A stretch of 64,000 nt of DNA. Origin: an uncultured Spirochaetota bacterium (GTDB lineage Bacteria; Spirochaetota; UBA4802; UBA5550). The notes under the pieces are model-generated. The model made no database searches. It was not told the origin of the DNA and saw nothing but the letters and a program-made list of their open reading frames with translations. A program made the position numbers and the translations under genes. The DNA lies in NCBI GenBank assembly GCA_937872225.1, contig CALMRZ010000065.1, positions 7,007 to 71,006 on the forward strand, written 5' to 3'. This document shows, piece by piece, positions 56,502-64,000 of the stretch (positions within the stretch are counted from its first letter, which is position 1; each line of letters begins with the position of its first letter).

Positions 56502-58649
56502 ATGAATTTTCTTGCCGTAACGGGACTGCTTAATTTCATAAGTTCAGCATTCATCGGGATTTTCGTACTCATCAAGAATCCCCGGGCCTCCCTCAACCGG
56601 CACTTCTTCAACATCAACGCCAGCATCGCGGTTTACAGCGTCGGGTACCTGCTGTGGCAGGTAAGCGGCCACCCCGATACCGCCCTGGCCTGGTTCAAGG
56701 TTCTCTTCTGCGGCATCATACTCATCAATGTCACGTTTCTTCATTACGTTTTTGCCATCCTGGGCAAACTGCCCCGGAAGAAATTCGAACTCATCGGCTA
56801 TTACCTGGCAAACGCAGTTTTTCTGGCCCTTAACCTGATGTCGCTGCTGTACACCGGACTCGAGCCCAGGCACGGTCACGGGTACTGGCCCGTTCCGACC
56901 ATCATCTTCAGCGTGTATCTCGCTTTCTGGATATGGCAGCTCCTGTACGGATTCATCCTTCTGCTCCTGAGCCTGAAAACCGTGACCGGCAGGCTCCGGG
57001 AGCAGGTAAAGTACACCATTGTCTCCGGCCTTATCGGATTCATAGGAGGCGCGTCCAATTGGCCGATGTGGTACGGCATCGATTTTGCGCCCTACGCGAA
57101 CATTCTCATAACAGGCTATATCGGGCTCATGGGGTTCGCGATCATACGCTTCCGCCTCATGGACATCAAGGTTGTCCTCACCCGGACCGGCATCTTCGTC
57201 GGGATCTATACTCTGGTGCTCGGAGGTCCGTTCCTGATAGGCGTCCGGACCGATTTCGGCTTCCTGTCCTTCCTGGCGCTGTTCGTTCTCGCCACCATCG
57301 GGCCCATCCTGTACCGATACCTCATGGGAAAGGCGGAAGGCGTCCTGCTGGCGAAGCAGAGGGAGTACCAGAGAATACTGAACGAATCCGTCGTCTTCAT
57401 GCTCCGCGAGCACAGCCTTGACCGGCTCCTCAAGCTCATCATTTACGGGATGAAGACGATCATCAAGGTCGATTACGCGGCGATTTTTCTCGATGACAAG
57501 GAGAATGAATGCTTCACGCTGAAGGTGGCGAATTCCTTCAGTGTCCTTCCGGAAGGCTTCTGCATACCCTACGACAACCCGACCATTGACCTCCTCAAGG
57601 AGCACAAACGCCCCCTGGTCCTGGAGGAAATGTCGCACCTGTTCCACAGCGACACGGACCGCAAGATCAAAATGATCGTCCCGTCGTTTTTCGACAACAG
57701 GCTCCTGGGGTTCCTTCTGCTGGGGGAAAAGGAGAGCAAGACCTTTTACACCATGGACGACCTGCAGACCTTCGAGCTGCTGTCCCACCAGACCGCCATG
57801 GCCATAGAAAACTGCCTCTACCTGGATGAGCGCAAAAAGACGCAGGAACGCCTCTTCCAGGCCGAGAAGCTGGCCTTCATCGGCGGCATGGCCGAAGGCG
57901 TCGCGCACCAGATACGAAACCGTCTCAACCATTTTTCACTCGGGTCCCGGCAGATACAGCACGAGATCGCTGATTTTCTGAAGGCGCATGCGGACCTGGT
58001 CAATCAAAACACGGCCATACGGGAGGCCTTCGATTCTCTCAACGACATCAGCGAGTCAATTGTCGAAAACGTGATACGGACCAATGCCGTCATCCAGGGA
58101 ATACTGAACTACACCCTCGCGGACGACAGGCGGAACACCTTCTCGGAACTCCCCTTTAAGGACGTCGCCGAGGGCGCCATTGACCTGGCCAAGATCAAGC
58201 ACGGCATCGATGAACTGCCCATCAAGACCGAGATCGACCCCGACGCGATGATCTACGGCATCATGACCCAACTCATGGAATCGCTGTACAATCTCATCGA
58301 CAACAGCTACGAGGCCATCGAGGAAAAAAGGAACACCTTCAAGAACGCCGAGGAAAGAAAAAGCTACGAGCCGTTCATCCTTATCAGGTTCACGCAGCAG
58401 CCGGACGGGTCCCTGATAGAGATCACCGACAACGGCATCGGCATAGCCAGCGAAGACGCCCGAAAGATCTTTGCCCCGTATTACACCACCAAGTCCTCCT
58501 TCAAGTCGCACTCGGAGCTGGGGATAGGCCTCTATGTCGTGCACCGGATCATAGAAGAGAACCACAAGGGCAGTATATGGTTTGAATCCAGACACATGCA
58601 GGGAACATCGTTTTTCATAAAGCTTCCGCTGCAGAACAATGCCGGATAA
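56502..58649 (+). CDS. Membrane sensor histidine kinase (multi-TM sensor, GAF-like region, HisKA, HATPase_c)
   Basis: About 7 TM. H-box EKLAFIGGMAEGVAHQIRNRLN. N/G boxes LIDNSYEA, ITDNGIGI and LGIGLYVV. Confidence 0.8.
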   Translation: MNFLAVTGLLNFISSAFIGIFVLIKNPRASLNRHFFNINASIAVYSVGYLLWQVSGHPDTALAWFKVLFCGIILINVTFLHYVFAILGKLPRKKFELIGYYLANAVFLALNLMSLLYTGLEPRHGHGYWPVPTIIFSVYLAFWIWQLLYGFILLLLSLKTVTGRLREQVKYTIVSGLIGFIGGASNWPMWYGIDFAPYANILITGYIGLMGFAIIRFRLMDIKVVLTRTGIFVGIYTLVLGGPFLIGVRTDFGFLSFLALFVLATIGPILYRYLMGKAEGVLLAKQREYQRILNESVVFMLREHSLDRLLKLIIYGMKTIIKVDYAAIFLDDKENECFTLKVANSFSVLPEGFCIPYDNPTIDLLKEHKRPLVLEEMSHLFHSDTDRKIKMIVPSFFDNRLLGFLLLGEKESKTFYTMDDLQTFELLSHQTAMAIENCLYLDERKKTQERLFQAEKLAFIGGMAEGVAHQIRNRLNHFSLGSRQIQHEIADFLKAHADLVNQNTAIREAFDSLNDISESIVENVIRTNAVIQGILNYTLADDRRNTFSELPFKDVAEGAIDLAKIKHGIDELPIKTEIDPDAMIYGIMTQLMESLYNLIDNSYEAIEEKRNTFKNAEERKSYEPFILIRFTQQPDGSLIEITDNGIGIASEDARKIFAPYYTTKSSFKSHSELGIGLYVVHRIIEENHKGSIWFESRHMQGTSFFIKLPLQNNAG

Positions 58650-58783
58650 CAAAGGGGGCACCCGTCAAGACCGGCCTCCCGGGGCATCGGATTGAAACCG
58701 TCCCCAATTTCAAAACAATGTATGCCATTCAGACGGAACAGCCTCTTTGTTCCGACAGGTGGCAGGCCCCTACATCCCGTTCA

Positions 58784-59629
58784 TCAGGGCATGGCCGCTG
58801 TCGCATCCCCCACGCGCAGCCTGACGGCATTCATATTTCCTCCCCTGCGGCAGGCAAGCACTGCCGCGCCAAGGGCCCCCATGAGCTGCGGATCGATCGC
58901 GAGGGGCGCGATCTCTATCCTGAGGAGCTCGCCGAGGGCCTTCATGAGGCCGGCGTTCTTGGCGCATCCGCCGGTCACGGTCAGTTTTTCCCTGATGCCG
59001 ATGCGCTTCAGGAGCGTGAAACACCGCTTGGCCACCGCGGCCTGTATACCGGCGGCGACGTCCGACGGCGGCTGTTTCTTCGCCAGGAGGCTTATGACTT
59101 CGCTCTCGGCGAAGACGCTGCACTGGGCGGTCACGGGGATCACCTTCCTGGCCTTCAATGACAGATGGGAAAATTCGTCAAGGTCCATGCGGAAAACCCT
59201 GCTCATGGCCTCGAAAAACCGTCCCGTCCCCGCGGCGCACTTGTCGTTCATGGCGAATTCCAGCACGGTCCCGTCACCGGCGACGGATATCCCCTTCAGG
59301 TCCTGACCGCCGATGTCCACGATCGTTTTAATGTCCTGGTCGCAGGAAAAAACGCCCATGGCATGGCAGCTGATTTCCGATATGTTCTCGTTGGCGAAGG
59401 GCACCTCGTTTCTGCCGTAGCCGGTCCCCACAAGATAGGCAAGGTCGCCGCTCCCCCCCAGTCCATCGACCATGGAGCATGCCCGTTCCATTACAAGACG
59501 CGATGTTTCCTCGGGATCGATCTCCGATGGCATGATGACCGTGGCCGCGACAGCCCCCCGCTCATCCAAGATGACCGCCTTGCCGGTTGTCGAGCCGATG
59601 TCGCATCCGCCGTACAATTTTCTTTCCAT
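58784..59629 (-). CDS. BadF/BadG/BcrA/BcrD-type ATPase (2-hydroxyacyl-CoA dehydratase activase, HgdC-like)
   Basis: Acetate/sugar kinase fold: N-terminal GCDIGSTTGKAVI. The cluster-ligating Cys lie in ...DKCAAGTGRF... and ...GGCAKN.... Confidence 0.75.
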   Translation of the reverse strand: MERKLYGGCDIGSTTGKAVILDERGAVAATVIMPSEIDPEETSRLVMERACSMVDGLGGSGDLAYLVGTGYGRNEVPFANENISEISCHAMGVFSCDQDIKTIVDIGGQDLKGISVAGDGTVLEFAMNDKCAAGTGRFFEAMSRVFRMDLDEFSHLSLKARKVIPVTAQCSVFAESEVISLLAKKQPPSDVAAGIQAAVAKRCFTLLKRIGIREKLTVTGGCAKNAGLMKALGELLRIEIAPLAIDPQLMGALGAAVLACRRGGNMNAVRLRVGDATAAMP

Positions 59630-59722
59630 GTCTGTCTCCTCATCAATACTATGGATCTGTCTTTTCGTACGAAGAGAGAAATCTTTATCGAATCACGCGG
59701 TGCTTCAAGATTTCTCCTCGCG

Positions 59723-61201
59723 TCACTCCTCTAAATGGCTTGCGCAAGCATCTGCCGTTACGTTACTGGCAACAGCCTCGCGCGTCGCATGTTCTTTCCC
59801 GTTCCTGCCCACCTTCATAACGTTCTGCATGAAATGGTCGATCTGGCGTATTATGCCTTCGTGGGAACAGATGCGCTGGTCCGAGAGATCGTACTCGATG
59901 ATAAGAAGGGGCACCCCTTTTTCCCTGCATGCCTCCCGGAGCATCTGGTTGAGAGCCATGGTGTTCTTGCAGCCGATATGTCCCGCCACCCATACCATGT
60001 CCAGGTCGAAGCGGTGATATATCCTGAAAATGTCGTCGATGTAGTTCTCCGCAGGCCCCCTGGTGTGCCGCGCCATCGGCCCCTGCATGATAATCTTGCC
60101 CAGGTCGCGGAGCATCGTGTCCGGCGTGGCAGTGTCTATCAGGGGCTGAGAGTTGTAGGTCATGCTGTCAATGACCAGGGTGATGCCGTATGCCTCCTCG
60201 GCCCACCTGAACAGTTCGGAGAAATGAAGGAGGGGCGGGTTCCAGAGCACGGCGCGGAACCGCTCATTGGGCACCGCACGAACTCCCGCCTCCAGGTTGC
60301 GCCGCGTCATATCGGCTATACGCCGAAAAAAGCGCGTTGCCTCAGGTCTGCCCGGGTCGGCATTGAACGACCAGAGGTGCCCCAGGTACACCGGCTCGGC
60401 CGCCATGGGAGCGGGCCTCGCGCTTATCATTTCCCATAGCTCTATCTCGATTTCCGCCATGCGGTTCCGCTCCTCGCAGATCTGTTTCAGGCGCTCCCAG
60501 TCCATCCTGCCCGGCGTGTTCTCTTCGAGCCAGGCGATCATTCTCCTGAGCTCCCCGGCGAAGTATTCCGCCGCCCGGTCGTCGTAGAAATTAAAGGGGA
60601 TATCAAGCCGGTATATCGACGCGTTGTTCCAGCGCCGGGTGATCTCGTACCCGGTCATATTGCCGTCACAGGGCAGGTTTGAGCTCACGATGACCGATGA
60701 TGGCGGCATTTGACCGCTCAGCACGATGCCAAGGGTCATTTTGACATGGCTGCATATGTCGGGCGGAATACCCTCATTCTCACTGCAGTCTATGTATTCT
60801 TCCGCGGCATGGCTGTCCAGGAGTGGAAGCAATATCGAGAGGAGCTCGGCCGGCCACACGGAAAGACCCATGGCGGTTGATATCTCCGGCGGCACCATTT
60901 CCTGGTGGAGTATGAATGTATCGCCCCGTTCGAGCGCGCGGACAAGTAGGCCGACCATTCTTCTCACTATAAATGAGATGAGCAGCTCATTGGCTTCACG
61001 GTAGAGGCCGGCCCGACCCGCGGCAAGGCGCCCCATCAGCAAGGGAGCCCGCAGCAGGGTGAACAGCCATGGATACCGTCTCATGTCGCGGAGCAGCGAA
61101 ACCGGTCCGCGCCGCAGGGCCAGCATCGTGAAACTGAGCAGTATTTGAACAAAATATTTTGCATGTATCAGGTAGTCGATAACGGTAGGCCTGTTGTTCA
61201 T
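59723..61201 (-). CDS. 2-hydroxyacyl-CoA dehydratase subunit (HgdA/HadB-like)
   Basis: Size and Cys pattern fit. The operon is positioned with the HgdB-like gene and the CooC-like ATPase. Confidence 0.6.
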   Translation of the reverse strand: MNNRPTVIDYLIHAKYFVQILLSFTMLALRRGPVSLLRDMRRYPWLFTLLRAPLLMGRLAAGRAGLYREANELLISFIVRRMVGLLVRALERGDTFILHQEMVPPEISTAMGLSVWPAELLSILLPLLDSHAAEEYIDCSENEGIPPDICSHVKMTLGIVLSGQMPPSSVIVSSNLPCDGNMTGYEITRRWNNASIYRLDIPFNFYDDRAAEYFAGELRRMIAWLEENTPGRMDWERLKQICEERNRMAEIEIELWEMISARPAPMAAEPVYLGHLWSFNADPGRPEATRFFRRIADMTRRNLEAGVRAVPNERFRAVLWNPPLLHFSELFRWAEEAYGITLVIDSMTYNSQPLIDTATPDTMLRDLGKIIMQGPMARHTRGPAENYIDDIFRIYHRFDLDMVWVAGHIGCKNTMALNQMLREACREKGVPLLIIEYDLSDQRICSHEGIIRQIDHFMQNVMKVGRNGKEHATREAVASNVTADACASHLEE

Positions 61202-61213
61202 GACGTTCCCCCC

Positions 61214-62344
61214 TTATTTCCCCATGCTCTCAATAAACGCCTGGACCCGCGTCCTGAGCTGGCCCTCGCCGCCATGGCGGTACTCCCGTTCCAGCCGAAG
61301 CACCGGGATGCCGGCGGAGCGGAGCGCCGCCGTGAGCGTGCTTCCCTCGACGCCCCAGGTATCGCAGAATTTTATCGCCTGGATAATGACGCCGTCGGCG
61401 CGGTATTCAAGGGCCGTCTGCCGTATCGCCTCCTCGCGCTCATCGAACTCCTCCATCATTCGCGGGCAGAGCACCTTGTAAAGGGTGTGCTGCGCGATCG
61501 CCCTGAGCGGGTCGCCGCTTTCCGGCACCGGTTCGAGCCCCGGAAGGGAACCGGTGCAGAAACGGTCCGCCACGACAAGGCCGCCCTGGGACTCGATGAC
61601 GTCGATAAAGGAAAGGTCATCCAGCTCCCCGCCGGCGACCATGATCCGCGCCCGGTAGGGCCCCACGCCGCCGCGCTCCACCGCCCTGCGGCGGAAATCC
61701 TCGACAAGGGGCATGAGAAGGTCCTTCGGCGACACCAGGGACGCTATCATGACCCGGTGAAACTCGCCGCCGGTGATAAGTGGCGGGTCCAGTTTCCGAA
61801 GATCTCCGATGGCGCGGAGCGCCTCTGCGAAGGCGTTGCGGCTTCGTATGGCGGCGGCCAGGTCGTCGCCGGCGGCGCTGACTCCGAAATGGGCCGACAT
61901 CTTATCGGCCAGCATTTTCAGCTCTTCCGTGAACCAGTCCAGGGCCGGCCCGCCCCGCTTGTGGGGCACGTCCAGGGTATGGCTGAAGGCCGGCTTCCGC
62001 AAATATTCAAGGTTATCCATCAGGCGGCGCATGTGGTCGCAGTTGGCCGTGAACACGACCCCGCCCAAGCGGTCATAGGCCCCGCCGATGGCGAATTCCA
62101 GGAGACTTTTCGTGTATGAGCAAATTACATTGGACATGTAGGTGTCGGCCATCTCGGTGCCGGCAATACCTGGCGCCCGGAGCCGCACGGGGAAGAGCTT
62201 TCCCGCGGAGAGGAGCGTTTCCGGGACGTAGCTGCAGGTATATCCCACGGGGACCCGTCCCTCGCCCATTGCCTGTTCCGCCAGGCGGTTCAGCGGCTCG
62301 GCCAGAAGATCATCAAAAAGCGAAATACCGGCGTACTGGTTCAT
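61214..62344 (-). CDS. 2-hydroxyacyl-CoA dehydratase subunit (HgdB/BcrB/BadE-like)
   Basis: PVGYTCSYVPETLLSAG...VVFTANCDHM is the typical family start with conserved Cys. Confidence 0.65.
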   Translation of the reverse strand: MNQYAGISLFDDLLAEPLNRLAEQAMGEGRVPVGYTCSYVPETLLSAGKLFPVRLRAPGIAGTEMADTYMSNVICSYTKSLLEFAIGGAYDRLGGVVFTANCDHMRRLMDNLEYLRKPAFSHTLDVPHKRGGPALDWFTEELKMLADKMSAHFGVSAAGDDLAAAIRSRNAFAEALRAIGDLRKLDPPLITGGEFHRVMIASLVSPKDLLMPLVEDFRRRAVERGGVGPYRARIMVAGGELDDLSFIDVIESQGGLVVADRFCTGSLPGLEPVPESGDPLRAIAQHTLYKVLCPRMMEEFDEREEAIRQTALEYRADGVIIQAIKFCDTWGVEGSTLTAALRSAGIPVLRLEREYRHGGEGQLRTRVQAFIESMGK

Positions 62345-63150
62345 GCCCCCACTCCTTCAATCTGTCTTTTTTTTGCGGCAGGGTACAGCCCGAAGGCGGA
62401 CAGGCACCGCCGCATCCCGGCCCGGACGGGGCATTCCGGTAGGTCCAGGAAGCTTTTTCCTTCGATATCAAATCTGCGGATGGTATCGTCCTCCGGGAGG
62501 ATGCCCAGGAGGGGCAGTCCCGCCGGGGCGCCCGTGCCGCTTTCCTCGCCGGCGCGGACACGGTTGACGACAAGGCCGCACCGCTCGAACCCGACCGCCC
62601 TGCTGGCCACGTCCAATATGCTGGAGGCAACGGCTAGGCCCTTGGCAGACTGGTCCGAAACGAGAAGGAGATGGCTCACGCGCTCCATAACGCGGCGGTT
62701 TACCTGCTCGATGCCCGCCTCCCCGTCGATCACCACGTAATCGAAATTGGTTGATATCGTTTCTATGACGTCTTTCAGAAAATCATTAACCTGGCAGTAG
62801 CATCCTTCCTGCTCGGGCCTGCCGATGGCGAGGAAGGCCAGGTTGTTCTTTTCCTCGAGGGCGGCAAGGACCTCGTAGTCGAGGGCCTTCGCCATCTGCC
62901 CCATGTCCCCGCGGACACCCTCCTTCACCCTGTCGATCAGGTCGTTCCGTATGTCGTCAACGGTCCTCCGGGCCCGGAAGCCGAGGGCGAGTGCAAGGCC
63001 CACGGCCGGATCGGCGTCAATGGCCAGGACCTTCTTCGCAGGGTCTTCGGCAAGCATGGCGGCCGTGACGGCGCTGACGGAGGTCTTGCCCACGCCGCCC
63101 TTGCCGCATACTGCTATGATAGCGGTGTTCATCGCTTCAGTTTCTTTCAT
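62341..63150 (-). CDS. CooC/MinD-like P-loop ATPase (start taken at MKETEAMNTAIIAV; AAGGAG RBS)
   Basis: Deviant Walker A AVCGKGGVGKTS. The longer ORF-track start at 63258 is rejected. Confidence 0.7.
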   Translation of the reverse strand: MKETEAMNTAIIAVCGKGGVGKTSVSAVTAAMLAEDPAKKVLAIDADPAVGLALALGFRARRTVDDIRNDLIDRVKEGVRGDMGQMAKALDYEVLAALEEKNNLAFLAIGRPEQEGCYCQVNDFLKDVIETISTNFDYVVIDGEAGIEQVNRRVMERVSHLLLVSDQSAKGLAVASSILDVASRAVGFERCGLVVNRVRAGEESGTGAPAGLPLLGILPEDDTIRRFDIEGKSFLDLPECPVRAGMRRCLSAFGLYPAAKKRQIEGVGA

Positions 63151-63886
63151 AAAGAGCTTTCTCCTTTCCGCGCAGCGTATCGCGCATTGACCTGAGCTCC
63201 GACACTTCCCCGCACACGTCGGTAAAATCGCAGGTGCCGCAGTCGAAGGACAGCTCACGGGCCATCTTGTTCATGGCGCCTATGAGACGCACGGCCCGCT
63301 CCCCGACATGCTGGAGGGAGCGGACGTCATCCGGCGACGACGTCACGATGAGAATTTCCGCGCCCCGCACGTAGTCCAGCCTGCGGTGCCTGTCCATGAG
63401 GGCCGAGGCGAGCACGTCAAGGGAAAACCCATCGGCGATTGCCTGCCTGCTGATCCTGCTCCATTCCCGCATGTACTGGGAAACGGCCCGCATCATGTAG
63501 CCCTTCAGGTTCACGTCATACCGCGCCAGCTCGATCTCGCGGTGACGCTCGTAGCAGTTTTCCTCGGTGAAGCCTTCAACATGGAGGATGACCGCCTTCC
63601 CCAGGGGGAGCCTCGCGCCGTCACTGCCTGCCGCGTCGGGGCCGATGCGGGTGATCATGCCGTCCCGCACCAGGTCAGCGTCCCCGGTCCAGACAAGGAA
63701 GGACGCCGATTCGTCCCGCGGATTGCCGAGCTCGACGGCGGTATCGCACTGCAGCACGATGTTGCCCTTCTCGCCCGCAGGCCATGGGCGGTGATCGGCC
63801 GCGGACTCCACGAATCCATGGGGCGACGTCCTCATCCCTTCCATCCAGGACCTGAGTTCATGTATTATTTCTTCAAATAGCTTCAT
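63137..63886 (-). CDS. Hypothetical protein with C-terminal CxxC-x5-C motif (FDCGTCDFTDVCGE)
   Basis: ORF in the operon between the partial activase and the CooC-like gene. No family assigned. Confidence 0.45.
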   Translation of the reverse strand: MKLFEEIIHELRSWMEGMRTSPHGFVESAADHRPWPAGEKGNIVLQCDTAVELGNPRDESASFLVWTGDADLVRDGMITRIGPDAAGSDGARLPLGKAVILHVEGFTEENCYERHREIELARYDVNLKGYMMRAVSQYMREWSRISRQAIADGFSLDVLASALMDRHRRLDYVRGAEILIVTSSPDDVRSLQHVGERAVRLIGAMNKMARELSFDCGTCDFTDVCGEVSELRSMRDTLRGKEKALYERN

Positions 63887-63896
63887 CGGGCATCAG

Positions 63897-64000
63897 TCGA
63901 CCAGTGCTCTCTCTTTACGCGGCACCGGCCCGCCGCCGGCGCCACGGGCCGCATCGAGAGCCATGAGGGCGGCCCCGATGGCCCCGTTTATCTGCGGATT
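63897..64000 (-). CDS. 3' end of a second BadF/BadG/BcrA/BcrD-type ATPase (activase), partial at window edge
   Basis: Own translation ...NPQINGAIGAALMALDAARGAGGGPVPRKERALVD* resembles the activase C-terminus. Confidence 0.4.

Overview
This 64-kb window comes from a high-GC anaerobe (roughly 55–62% GC over most of its length). The gene content is sigma-54 regulation, selenocysteine, Fe-S and radical-SAM enzymes, and 2-hydroxyacyl-CoA-dehydratase/benzoyl-CoA-reductase-like clusters, which suggests a Desulfobacterota-like deltaproteobacterium. That taxonomic guess is inference only.

The left end (about 1–8,070) is a strongly AT-rich accessory region of roughly 30–35% GC. It carries a partial WYL-domain regulator running off the window edge, a stand-alone DnaA/Hda-like AAA+ ATPase, a UDG-fold-like protein, several small Cys-rich ORFs, and a GC-rich YaiI/RNase H pair. 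It also holds two toxin-antitoxin cassettes: higBA, and mqsRA with mqsR inactivated by an in-frame TAG. Each cassette is bracketed by a conserved roughly 200-bp repeat that itself carries a terminator hairpin and a sigma-70-like promoter.

Immediately to the right is a three-gene minus-strand module that I consider the best candidate for an undescribed defence system. It consists of a 72-aa two-helix membrane protein, a 553-aa dynamin-family GTPase, and a 926-aa phospholipase-D nuclease / SNF2 helicase fusion. The module sits where the fluoride exporter gene crcB has been truncated, and crcB's fluoride riboswitch is left intact upstream of the remnant.

The rest of the window is mostly housekeeping and signalling genes. 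Four items there stand out:
- An arsM / radical-SAM(SPASM) / thioredoxin–thioredoxin-reductase-fusion operon under a MarR regulator.
- A thiosulfate/selenium-type YeeE–TusA–DUF3343 module.
- A sigma-54-dependent operon of NifX-like, DUF5320, MinD/ferredoxin-type and ApbC Fe-S proteins, with a clear -24/-12 promoter and upstream palindromic sites next to its PAS/sigma-54 activator. The operon ends in a peroxiredoxin whose peroxidatic Cys codon is UGA followed by a SECIS-like hairpin, i.e. a probable selenoprotein that the ORF track splits in two.
- A 2-hydroxyacyl-CoA dehydratase-like cluster with two activases and a CooC-like ATPase.

Several genes carry in-frame stops or frameshifts: mqsR, an OMP fragment, a DISMED2-7TM-GGDEF gene, crcB, and an FAD-oxidoreductase stub. 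This is either real gene decay or consensus errors. No rRNA, tRNA or CRISPR array was recognised.
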